Origin: Anolis carolinensis
Taxonomy: Eukaryota
Length of the DNA: 64,000 bases
NCBI RefSeq assembly: GCF_035594765.1
Contig: NC_085842.1
Span: 208,517,747 to 208,581,746 of the forward strand
Direction of reading: 5' to 3'
Shown here: in pieces, positions 37,757-48,493 of the stretch
Numbering within the stretch: position 1 is the stretch's first letter
How the letters are laid out: every line of letters begins with the position of its first letter
Notes under the pieces: generated by a model
What the model saw: only the letters and a program-made list of their open reading frames with translations
Told to the model about the DNA's origin: nothing
Databases searched by the model: none
Program-made: the position numbers and the translations under genes

Positions 37757-38750
37757 TAAAGCATTACATTCGTCTCTCCCTCCCCTTCCTCCCTCCCCTC
37801 TCTCTCGCTATACATATTTCTCTGACTTTTTCTTTCTTTCTCTCTCTGTCTCATATGCACAATCTCTCCTTCCACAAACCTTTTAAAGGATCGATAATTA
37901 GAAACAAAGGAAGAAGGGGAGTCTAGCTCCACAAAACGAAGATATACTTCTACGTAGGTTCGGTTCTGGTGACAGCTGAGCCCGGCTTTGAGTAATTTTG
38001 CGTCTATAGCTTGGCTCTCTCTTCTGCACTTATCCATGAAGAAGAAAAAAGCCCCGAACCGTACCTCAAAGCTGCAGCAAGAAGGAAAGACCTGCCCCTA
38101 CGAGCTGGGAGATCGGTTTCATTTTATTTTGATCCCCCTTCTCCCCCCTAGCGGCGCCCCCTTCTGAACAGACATCATATTGACGCCGGGAAAACTTAAA
38201 AGGGGTGGCTTTGCTATACTATACATCAGGGGTCCCCAAACTAAGGCCCGGGGGCCGGATGCGGCCCTCCAAGGTCATTTACCTGGCCCCCACCCTCAGT
38301 TTTATAATATATTTTTATATCAGTTGTAATAATATAATATATTGTATATACATATAATATTGATAATAATCTTATGTTATACAATATAATACTAATAGTA
38401 ATACCATATAATAATATTAATTATATGTTATATATTAGATATTATATAATAGTATAGTGGTATAGTTCAATATAGTAATATACAATGCTAATATTGTGTT
38501 ATGCTAATAATATAATATATTGTATGTACATACAGCTGCTCTGAGTCCCCTTCAGGGTGAGAAGGGTGGGATATAAATGTAGTAAATAAATGCAGTAAAT
38601 AAATAATTAATTTTAGACTTAGGCTCGGCCAAAGTCTGACATGACTTGAAGGCACACAGCAACAACAACAACAACAATCCTAATTAACTTGACTATCTCA
38701 TTGGCTAGTAGCAGGCCCACACTTTCCATTGAAATCCTAATAAGTTTATG

Positions 38751-41344
38751 GGGTTGTTGTATGTCTTTCGGGCTGTGTGGCCATGTTCCAGAAGCATTCT
38801 CTCCTGACGTTTCGCCCACATCTATGGCAGGCATCCTCAGAGGTTGTGAGGTATGGAGAAAACTAAGCAAAGAGGTTAATATATATCTGTGGAAAGTCTA
38901 GGGTGAGAGAGGTCAGTGTGAATGTGTGTAGTTAATCACTTAAATTAGCATTGAAAAGCTTATCTGCTGTCTTCTTCCTGCCTCTGGGGCATCCTTTGTT
39001 TAGAGTCGTTAACTGCCCTTGGTTGATTCATGTCTGGAAACCCTCTGTTTTCAGAGTATTGCTTTTTATTTACTGTTCTGATTTTTGAGTTTTGTAATAC
39101 TGGTAGCCAGATTTTGTTCATTTTCATGGTTTCTTCCTTTCTGTTGAAGTTGTCCACATGCTTGTGGATTTCAATGGCTTCTCTGTGTAGTCTGACATGA
39201 TAGTTGTTAGAATGGTCCAGCATTTTTGTGTTCTCAAATAGTATTCTGTGTCCAGGCTGGTTCATCAAATGCTCTGCTATGGCTGATTTCTCTGGTTGAA
39301 TTAGTCTGCAGTGCCTTTCATGTTCTTTGACTCTTGTTTGGGCGCTGCGTTTGGTGGTCCCTATGTAGACTTGTCCACAGCTGCATGGTATCCGGTAGAC
39401 TCCTGCAGAAGAGAGAGGATCCCTCTTGTCCTTCGCTGACCGTAGCATTTGTTGGATTTTCTTCGTGGGTCTGTAGATAGTTTGTAGGTTGTGCTTCTTC
39501 ATCAGCTTCCCTATGCGGTCAGTAGTTCCCTTGATGTATGGTAAGAACACCTTTCCTCTGGGTGGATCTTTGTCTTGACTCTCATGGCTTGTTCTTGGCC
39601 TTGCAGCTCTTCTGATGTCTGTGGTGGAGTATCCATTGGCCTGTAGAGCCCAGTTTAGGTGGTTGAGTTCACCTTGGAGGAGGTGAGGTTCGCAGATTCT
39701 TTGTGCACGGTCTGTCAGGGCTTTGATTGTGCTCCTTTTTTGACTTGGGTGATGGTTGGAGTTTTTATGAAGGTATCTATCTGTGTGTGTAGGTTTTCTG
39801 TAAACTGTGTGGCCCAATTGTTGATTGGGTTTGCGGATGACCAGAACATCTAGAAATGGCAGTTTTCCTTCCTTTTCTTTTTCCATGGTGAATTGGATGT
39901 TTGGGTGGATGCTGTTAAGATGGTCCAGGAACTTGCTGAGTTCTTCCTCTCCATGGCTCCAAATTGTGAAGGTGTCATCTACGTATCTGAACCAAACAGT
40001 TGGCTTTTTTGGTGCTGTTTCAAGGGCCTGTTTTTCAAAGTATTCCATATAGAAATTTGCTACTACTGGGCTGAGAGGGCTCCCCATGGCCACTCCATCC
40101 TTCTGTTCATAGAATCCAGTGTCCCACTGAAAGTAGCTAGTGGTGAGGCAATGGTGAAACAGGGCTGTGATGTCTTCTGGGAAGTTTTGTTTGATTAGTG
40201 TGAGGGTGTCAGCTACTGGGACTTTGGTAAAAAGGGACACCACATCAAAGCTGATCAGGATGTCCTTGGTGCTTAGATTGAGGTTGCTGATCTTTTCTAT
40301 AAAGTGTGTAGAGTCCTTGATATAATGTGCAGTGAGCCCAATGTGGGTTTGTAGCTGTGTAGCCAGAAATTTTGCCAGGTTGTAAGTCGGCGATCCAATG
40401 GCACTTACAATGGGTCTGAGTGGGATGGAGTCCTTGTGGATTTTGGGGAGTCCGTAAAGCCTGGGTGGGAGGGCTTCTGATTTGCACAGCTGTTGGCGTA
40501 TGTCAAAGTTAATGGAGGAGTTCTTGATTAGAGTGTTCGTTTTTCTGGTGATTTTGTTAGTGGGGTCTTGTTTCAGTTTCTTGTAAATTGTGGGATCTAG
40601 AAGTTGTCTGATTTTTTCTTTGTATTGTTTTGTTTCCATGATTACTGTGGCATTCCCCTTGTCAGCTGGAAGAATGATGATTTCAGGATCTGAGTTGAGA
40701 TCTTTGATGGCCTGTCTTTCTTTTCTCGTTATGTTGCTGGGGGGGAGTTTTGCATTTCTCAGGATCCTTGCTGTTTCCATTCTTACTTCCTCTGCTTCTT
40801 CCTCAGGGAGCTGGTAAATTGCTGATTCAACATTGGCAATGATGTTTTCTACTGGGATCCTGGTGGTGGTGACTGCAAAATTTCCTCCTTTTTCTAGAAT
40901 GGATACTTGGTCTTCAGTGAGTTGTCTGTCTGTCAGGTTGATGATGGTCCGTGATTTATCCAGTTCTGGCTTTGGCTGTTGCTTACGGCATTTGTCAAAT
41001 TTTTGTTTTTGTCTCTTGGTGTGGAGAACCATGTCTTTCTCCATTTTCTTGTAGGTAAGGCTGTCTATTTTATCCCAGTCCTGGGTATTCATCTTTTGGC
41101 TGATGTTGATGTGGAGGTGCAGCAGTTCTTTGTCTGTGTTTGCGAGTTCTTTACGGATGGTGTGGATTCTCTCTCTCAAGAGGTTGCGTTCCAGGCGGTT
41201 GTAAATGCGATGAGCCTGTGGTGTTTTGAAGGTCCTTTTGGCTGCAAGAAATTGTGGGATGGTATCTGTGTCTCTGCAGCGTAGAAGGAAGGTCAGGGAG
41301 CACAGCAGATGTGCTTTCCTGGTCCTTAGTTTTTCCAATCTCCG
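38751..41344 (-). mobile_element. Penelope-like retroelement, near full length, slightly 5'-truncated
   Basis: Perfect 13-bp TSD TAATAAGTTTATG at 38738-38750 and 41345-41357. Contains RT + GIY-YIG ORF and the terminal repeat shared with about 18 other loci in the window. Confidence 0.93.
38803..38843 (-). ncRNA. Minimal type I hammerhead ribozyme motif in the PLE terminal repeat
   Basis: Minus strand reads CCU-CUGAGGA-U-GCCUGC-CAUAGAU-GUGGGC-GAAACGUC-AGG. Intact CUGANGA/GAAA core, 6-bp stem II, palindromic ACGU stem III, GUC cleavage triplet, 3-bp stem I. Confidence 0.8.
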
Positions 41345-41377
41345 TAATAAGTTTATGTTGGTTAAAATTGTTTTCAT
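38960..41377 (-). CDS. Penelope-like reverse transcriptase / GIY-YIG endonuclease (805 aa ORF; first 11 codons derive from the flanking MITE/TSD)
   Basis: PLE motifs PADKG, YGLPKIHK, SFDVVSLFT, GVAMGSPLS, RYVDD, LPFLDV; GIY-YIG as GVYRIPCSCGQVYIGTT. No internal stops. Confidence 0.93.
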   Translation of the reverse strand: MKTILTNINLLRRLEKLRTRKAHLLCSLTFLLRCRDTDTIPQFLAAKRTFKTPQAHRIYNRLERNLLRERIHTIRKELANTDKELLHLHINISQKMNTQDWDKIDSLTYKKMEKDMVLHTKRQKQKFDKCRKQQPKPELDKSRTIINLTDRQLTEDQVSILEKGGNFAVTTTRIPVENIIANVESAIYQLPEEEAEEVRMETARILRNAKLPPSNITRKERQAIKDLNSDPEIIILPADKGNATVIMETKQYKEKIRQLLDPTIYKKLKQDPTNKITRKTNTLIKNSSINFDIRQQLCKSEALPPRLYGLPKIHKDSIPLRPIVSAIGSPTYNLAKFLATQLQTHIGLTAHYIKDSTHFIEKISNLNLSTKDILISFDVVSLFTKVPVADTLTLIKQNFPEDITALFHHCLTTSYFQWDTGFYEQKDGVAMGSPLSPVVANFYMEYFEKQALETAPKKPTVWFRYVDDTFTIWSHGEEELSKFLDHLNSIHPNIQFTMEKEKEGKLPFLDVLVIRKPNQQLGHTVYRKPTHTDRYLHKNSNHHPSQKRSTIKALTDRAQRICEPHLLQGELNHLNWALQANGYSTTDIRRAARPRTSHESQDKDPPRGKVFLPYIKGTTDRIGKLMKKHNLQTIYRPTKKIQQMLRSAKDKRDPLSSAGVYRIPCSCGQVYIGTTKRSAQTRVKEHERHCRLIQPEKSAIAEHLMNQPGHRILFENTKMLDHSNNYHVRLHREAIEIHKHVDNFNRKEETMKMNKIWLPVLQNSKIRTVNKKQYSENRGFPDMNQPRAVNDSKQRMPQRQEEDSR

Positions 41378-42019
41378 GTTTAAATATTGTATTTGTATTG
41401 TTCTTTCGTTGTTGTTGTTGTTGCACTACAAATAAGACATGTGCAGTATGCATAGAAATTTGTTTGTATTTTTTATCAAATGATAATTCGGCCCCTCAAC
41501 AGTTTGAAGGATTGTGGACCGGCCCTCTGCTCAAAAAGTTTGGGGACCCCTGCTATACATGTTAGCAGCACTGAGAGCCTGGAGGAGAGCAGGTTTGGGT
41601 TTACAAGGGAGAAACAGCTGATTCCCCAGAGAGGTTCTTCCTAAAACCCCATCTACACTGTCATATAAAACCCAGATTATTTGCTTTGAACTGGATTACA
41701 CGACAGTGTGGACTCATATAATCCAGTTCAAATCAGACAATGTGGATTATCTGATTTGATAATCTGGATTATATGGCAGTGTAGAAGGGGCTTTAGAATA
41801 TTCGAAACCTTTCCAGGATGATCCTCTTTTCAATATGTAAATGCAAGATGTACCAGTGTGATTTTAAATCCATGCAGGGGGTCCTCCAAGTCTTGGTCTC
41901 TTCTTTAATAGCAAAGGAGAGCATTCTACTTAATTCAGCACTGGCAAAACCATCACTCTTTTGAGAAACTTTGTGGAGATGAGGAACCTTGTGTGCATGA
42001 GGACAGATAATTGAACAGC

Positions 42020-42610
42020 AGGAGGTAGAGAAAGACCTTAAGGAGAGGAGCTGAACATGTAAACACAGATATCCTCATTTGCTTATTTGTTAAGGGACAG
42101 GGGTCTGGAGAAAATAAAGTATCTATTGTGGGATATCCAGAGTTTGATCCCCTTCATGTTATCACATGGAAATTCACTCAGCCTTCTACCCAGGAGACAG
42201 AAGTAGAGGGAGACGTTGCAGAATTGGGAGAGAAGCTAAGCATGTCAACAATCACAAATGTCCCCATTTGGTTCTTCGTTGAGGGAGAAGACTCTAGAGA
42301 GAGTTATCTACTGCTGGATATCCAGAGTTTGACCTACTTCAGATTATTACATTTTATGATCTCAAGGGAATTCACTCAGCCTTCAACCCAGATAGAAGTA
42401 GAGGGAGACATTGCAGAACTGGGAGACAAGCTGAACATGTAAACACCACAGATGTCCCCATTTGGTTCTTCACTGAAAGAGAAAGATCTAGAGAGAGTTT
42501 AGTACCTACTGATGGATATCCAAAGTTTGACCCAGTTCAGATTATTATATTTTGTGGTGTCCAGACCACTACTGTTAAAAGAATCCATTCAGTTCTCAAC
42601 CCAGCACATG
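42020..42610. repeat. Degenerate tandem repeat, about 190-210-bp period, about 3 units
   Basis: AGCTGAACATGT..CAGATGTCCCCATTTG at about 42050, 42234 and 42430; AATTCACTCAGCCTTC at about 42171 and 42370. Confidence 0.75.
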
Positions 42611-43023
42611 GAGGTGAGTTTCATTAAGAACTAGAAGACCTAACTTTTCTGGTAAATGAGGTTCTGAGCTTGTTCAAGAGAAATTGCATGGATATACCAT
42701 AGTATCCTGCATAAGAATTGGGCATAAATAGGGTTGGATGGTATCCTATTGTGAGATAGCCAATGTGAAATGCACATATGTGGCTTCAGCTTCATCTATA
42801 CAGGAGCAGAGCCCATTGTTTAAATTCTTTTTTGAATACATATTTTTCTTTCATTTCTTCCCCTTTGTTCCCAAATACTAAGAAAAATATTTTGCTGGGA
42901 CTTCACAAATGTGCCCCAGGTTTTACACATGCAATAATATTCAGCTTCAGACTTTCCCACTTGTAATATAGAAGTGACCCTGGCCCATTCTATAGGATAG
43001 TTGCAATGTATATGAAAATCTGA

Positions 43024-43192
43024 GTTGCTGTGAGTTTTTCAGCTACATGGAACATCCAGTAGCATTCTCTCTGAAGATGCCAGCCACAGATACAGGTGAA
43101 ACATCAAGAGAGAATGCTACTGGAACATGGCCACACAGCCCAAAAAACTCACAGCATCCCTGTAATTCTGGCCATGAAGATCTCTGAACACA
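43024..43192. mobile_element. Divergent PLE subfamily terminal repeat with a short inversion
   Basis: CTGAAGATGCCAGCCACAGA...GAAACATC variant of the same motif. Confidence 0.65.
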
Positions 43193-44479
43193 CTTAAAAG
43201 AATTATGCATCATCGTAATTACCACTATCATAATTACTATTATTACCAATACACTTAATTGTGGTTTGATGGGCGTTTACATGGGGATAGTCCCCACTCA
43301 ATTCAATGAGACTTCCAAGTTAACACAGCTCCTTCACAGCCCCACTGTAGTAAAGCAATACTGTATTAGAGATATCTATGTTTTGAGTACATTGGGACAT
43401 AAAATGACTAAATTGATCCACAGTGTCCCACTCAAAGCATGACTTAATCTGGAACCAACTGATTGTTTGAGGACTGAGATATCCTTTTTCTGGATATTGC
43501 CTCCCCACCTTGTTGTCTTTCACACAACTGTATTGGAGACTTCCCCTGGGCTTAAGAGAATCTGAGACTTCACTCCCAAAATCATGAATTGCTTTGGTGA
43601 AAAAAAAAAGATACACTAATTGGAAGAAAGTACCCACCCAAACATAATTTTCTCCTGGAGGCATGGGACAGTAGTTGGCTGGACATAAAGAAGGCTGCAA
43701 AGGGTTCCACAGAAGTGAAGAGACTGCTGGCCCATGGCCAACAAGGCTGGACTGTATATAGTGGCATAAATTGTGTAGAAAATTGCTGGTCGGTTCACCT
43801 TGAAGAGCGAAACTTGGTTCCAAAGATGCTTAAACACTCATCCAAATAGATAAAACTTATTTATTACCAGTGAGTGGTCGGACAAATTGTTGCAGGCAGT
43901 AAAAGTGCATATTGTTTCTGTGCTTGCTTGCTTGCTGCATGTGTGTGTGTGTGTATACACACACCTACTGCTTGTATTTTATAGCTATGGTTTTAACATG
44001 AATTCATTAAGGAGCTGGAGTTATATCTCCATATACATATATATACACACACACCTCTTGAATTCCAAAGAATAATTCTGCCTTGGAAGGGAGGAAGAAA
44101 AACATACCTTCTAGGTAGTATTTCAGAGGGGTGAATTATTCCACCATAACAGGAAATATGCAAAAGCTTATTTAATTAATCCAAACATAATTCAAATAAT
44201 TTCCAGGTTATCACTTTTAGGGCTGATATTTTCCATATCAGAAGGATAGTGAGTGCATAAGCGTTAGAATAGATGAAATTTGCCCTTTAGATTCGAAGAA
44301 AAGTGTTGTTGTTCAGTGACATAAATGTTGGAAGACTAATTTGCACAGAACAGAATTTGAACAAACCCTCCCACTCTCAAGAGAATCCCAGCCACAAATC
44401 TCAGGTAGTGTATATAGGGCAATCTCATCATCCCAAACAGATAGCATTCATGTGTAATTTTAGAGTTTCTTTCTTCCTT

Positions 44480-44991
44480 GTGTGTGTTTCCACTCCCAAA
44501 CCTCTCAACCTGACATTTCTGGGATAATTTGCTTCTGATCAAAGACGGCAAAGACTATACAAAGTCCAACACACACAAAAGTATTTTTGGATGTTTTGGT
44601 TTTTTAGGCCTGGTTCTGGGGTTATTTGAGGTGCTCATTCAGAAAATTGCATTGGATACACTTCATCAGTTCAAATTTCTTGGATATGGTGTGACCAACA
44701 TTTGTATAAATGTGTACTTTTTGTATGAAATAAGTAGAGTTCCATGTAATACACATTTCCTTTAATTTTAATATGTTTTCTTCATGCTTTAAATATATTA
44801 ATTTAAACACAATAATTATGTAACCTGGTTTTTTATAGGCAGGTGAAGTGAAGAGTGGTATATGCTATATATTCTGTATCTCAAAAACTAGCACTAATAG
44901 GAGAAAACTGATGCCATTTTTGGGATCAGCAGGTCAAGGATACCAAGAAACAGGACTAACATTTAAGGTACCCAAATGTGTGTTGACCAGT
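44480..44991. mobile_element. Possible decayed DNA transposon end (Chapaev-like)
   Basis: Ends in TGTGTTGACCAGT, resembling an inverted CACTGGTCAACA terminus. Recalled similarity only. Confidence 0.3.
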
Positions 44992-46218
44992 AGGCAGGCC
45001 AATAATTCCAATAAAGCGAGCTGGAAACATTTATTGGTGGTAAAGTTGGCAAACCAACACTTAGGGCGCTTCCACACAGCTGAATAAAATCCCACATTAT
45101 CTGCTTTGAACTGGAATATATGGCAGTGTGGACTCAGGTAACCCAGTTCAAAACAGACATTGTAGGATTTTCTGCCTTGATATTCTGGCTGTGTGGAAGG
45201 GCCCTTAGATCAGTTTCATTGATGGAATGGGTTAGCTTTAGCTGAGTTAACCCATGATTTGATTCATGTATTAAAAAAACCCTATGCACCCTAGTGAAAT
45301 AAAAACACTAATTTCATTTTTTTTTAAATTCGCCATATATATTAGAAAATATTATCTATACTACAAACTGACATGCCTGCCCTCCTTCATGGCTCTTCCC
45401 TCTGTCCATCCTACATAGGGCAAATCTTGGTCTCAGAGAGGATTCCCTTCTATCAACCTTCTGTTGCTTCATAAGCTTGTTTTGAAGGAGTTGAGAAGAG
45501 GGTTGACAATTCTGTCTGGCACTTCCCGGGCGCAGGGAGGGGATGTCTTCCTTGGTGACAAATGGGCCCCGTTTGGGAGGTCGGCAGGCTTTGCTCTTGG
45601 CCTTCACGGAGAGGAATCTGCGGCTGAACTATCTGCCTCCTTGCTCGCCTTGGCTTTCATCCTGGCAAGGCCTACAAGCCAAAAAGAAAGAAAAAAAGGA
45701 GGGGGGAGCAAAGGAAGAATGACAAGAATTCCCGTTCTCTTCTTTTGACGTTTTGGAACCCCCTGAAAGGTTGGGTGATGATAGGGCAAATAAATAGATA
45801 AGCACATAATACATTAAGCAATGTAACGTGAAAGGCATTACAAAATGAAACATCCATTTAGCTCCAGGATGTATTACAATACTAAGCCCCTTTTGAGATT
45901 GGCAAAATTAGCCATTCTGGGGGGAAATAGGAAAAGGCACCAGAGGGGACCCAACTTTGGGGGCAAATATCAATAACCCCCACATCTCTAGGATGACAGG
46001 TGAGGATGGTGACAACTATGATACCTGAGGTTATGCTATATAAAGAAATGTGAATGCATGTAAGTATTTGTCCTTTGGAAGCATTCTGAAAGCATGGACC
46101 GCGGAAAATGCATGTTAGCATAACTAGGTACTATTACTAACTTATACAAGTGATGGTACAGTATTAGTAATATTAAAGAACAAACCTCATTTTGAAATAT
46201 TGGATGAAAATGATAGTT

Positions 46219-46768
46219 GTGTTATGGAAAGCTTTCATAACTACAATCACTGGGTTGCTGTGAGTTTTCCGGGTTGTCTGGCCATGTTCAGAAGCATTCT
46301 CTCCTGACGTTTCGCCCACATCTGTGGCATACATCATCAGAGGTTGTGGACAAGCATGTGGACAATTTTAAAACCATGAAAATGAACAAAATCTGGCTAC
46401 CCTACAATCAGGGCAGTAAATAAAGAACACTCTGAAAACAAGGGAATTCCAGATATAAAATAATCAGGGTCGGCTAACACCTCCCAACAAAGGATTCCCT
46501 CAGGCAGGAATCAGCCAGACTTTGAAGCTGAAAGGCTATTTCAATGTTAATCAAGGTGATTAATTCCAGCATTCACACTTTCCTCCAACAGACAAGAGCA
46601 TTTTCTCCCACCCTGGACCTTCCATCCCATTGATATATAAACGTCCCTTCCCTAAGTTCCCAACAGATCTCACGACTTCTGAGGATGCCTGTCATAGATG
46701 CGGGCAAAACTTTCGGAGAAAATGCTTCTGGAACATGGCCACACAGCCTGGAAAAATCAGGGCAACCC
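46219..46768. mobile_element. PLE 3' fragment with inverted terminal repeat
   Basis: Minus terminal repeat at 46219-46350 joined to a plus-strand 3' fragment. Confidence 0.8.
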
Positions 46769-46868
46769 AAAATGAGAGTTGTTGCCTAAATGTTTACATC
46801 TATCCAGCTGCAAAAAATAGAACTGGGCTTCATCTTTAGATGATGATGATGGATGGGAACCAGACTGA

Positions 46869-47016
46869 GGCCCCTCCTACACTGCCACATAAAATCCAGA
46901 TTATCTGCTCTAAAATGTATTATATGGCAGTGTACAGTCATATAATCCAGTTCAAAACAGATAAAGTTGATTATCTGCTATGATAATCTGGATTATATGG
47001 CAGTGTAGAAGGGGTC
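46869..47016. mobile_element. About 148-bp PIF/Harbinger-like MITE, family B (representative copy)
   Basis: TIR GGCCCCT.CTACACTGCCA, TSD TGA. Other copies at about 41648-41791, 50412-50559 (TSD TCA), 59648-59702, 59820-59967; partial copies at about 22005-22130 and 4358-4988. Confidence 0.78.
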
Positions 47017-47099
47017 TGAGTTCAACACTGTGAAGTTTCATTAAGTGTAACAGAAACAAGTTGTTTAAGCACCCCACTGAAACTGGTGTACATCTACAC

Positions 47100-47236
47100 C
47101 AGTGGTTCTCAATCTGTGGGTCCCCAGGTGTTTTGGCCTACAACTTTCTGAAATCTCAGCCAGTTTTCCAGCTGTTAGGATTTCTAGATTTTGAAGGCCA
47201 AAACATATGGGGGACCCCACAGGTTGAGAACTACTG
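47100..47236. mobile_element. Small palindromic hAT MITE nested in an older palindromic element (about 47085-47440, related to about 20228-20695)
   Basis: Same TIRs. TSD ATCTACAC/ATCTACAT. Confidence 0.8.
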
Positions 47237-47799
47237 ATCTACATTGTAGGGTTAATGCAGTTTGATACCACTTTAACTGTCATGCCTCAATGCTATGGAG
47301 TCACTAGAATTCTAGTTAGATAAGGCCTTATCATCCTTTGGCAGAGAAGTCTAAAGTGTCAAACGACCACCCCATAATTCCATAACATTGAACCATAGCA
47401 TTTAAAGGGGTATTAAACTGCATTAATTCTAGATGCACCCTGGGAGGTCTGTGGACTTGCCTGGATTCTCCTTAATGGGATTAAACTCAGTGCCATCTAG
47501 GTCAGCACTACTCATAGCAGTGGTCGCTGGACGGGTGCCGATCCCAGGCAAATTTCCAGAAAAGAAAGGAAACAATTGTAGTTAATGACTCTAAATATGG
47601 TGCCGGTTCCTGGCGCACGGAGGGAAAAATAATTGCCAATCCTCCACACCAGACAGACACGCTGCTCTGGATAATACTATATCCCTCACCCCCGTTTCAT
47701 TTTTAAAAATGACAAGTTAGCAATAGGGACGCAGGAGGAAAGCTTCCTTTGCGGTGACAGAAAGAGCAAACAATGCACTGGGGGAGCCATATAGCCTTT

Positions 47800-48493
47800 G
47801 GTTTGCTGTGAGTTTTCCGGCGGTATGGCCATATTCCTGAAGCATTCTCTCCTGACATTTCGCCCACATCTATGGCAGGCATCCTCAGAGGTTGTGAGGT
47901 ATATTGGAAACTAGACAAGTGGGGTTTATATATCTGTGGAAGGTCCTCAGGAACTCAAGTGTGAATGTTGCAATTAATCACCTTGATTAGAATTGAAAAG
48001 CCTTTCAGCTTCTAAGCCTGGCTGATTCCTATATGGGGTAATCCTTTGTTGGGAGGTGTTAGCTGACCCTGATTGTTTCCTGTCTGGAATTCCCTTGATT
48101 TTAGAGTGTTGTTTTTTTTATTTACTGTCCTGATTTTAGAGTTGTTTTTTTTAAAAAAAATAGTGGTAGCCTGATTTTGTTCATTTTCATGTTTTCCTCT
48201 TTCTGTTGAAATTTTCCACATGCTTGTGGATTTTAATGGCTTATCTGTGTAGCCTGACATGGTGGTTGTGAGAGCATTTCTGTGTTCTCTAATAATATGC
48301 AGTGTCCAGGTTGGATCATCAAGTGCTCTGCTATGGCAGATTTGTCTGGTTTCCAATGTACCTCATAACCTCTGAGGATGCCTGCCATAGATGTGGGCGA
48401 AACGTCAGGAGAGAATGCTTCTGGAACATGGCCATATAGCCCGGAAAACACACAGCAACCCAGTTATTCCGGCCATGAAAGCCTTCCACAACA
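47800..48493. mobile_element. PLE 3' fragment (decayed endonuclease C-terminus) with inverted terminal repeat
   Basis: Minus piece at 47800-48345 translates as KSAIAEHLMIQPGH. Plus terminal repeat at 48346-48493. Confidence 0.85.
48369..48409 (+). ncRNA. Minimal type I hammerhead ribozyme motif (second perfect copy)
   Basis: CCTCTGAGGATGCCTGCCATAGATGTGGGCGAAACGTCAGG, identical to the copy at 38803-38843. Confidence 0.78.

Larger units (their letters stand above)
38227..41552. mobile_element. hAT-type MITE split by the PLE insertion
   Basis: TIRs CAGGGGTCCCCAAAC...GTTTGGGGACCCCTG. Perfect 8-bp TSD CTATACAT at 38219-38226 and 41553-41560. Homologous to 12717-13094. Confidence 0.88.
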
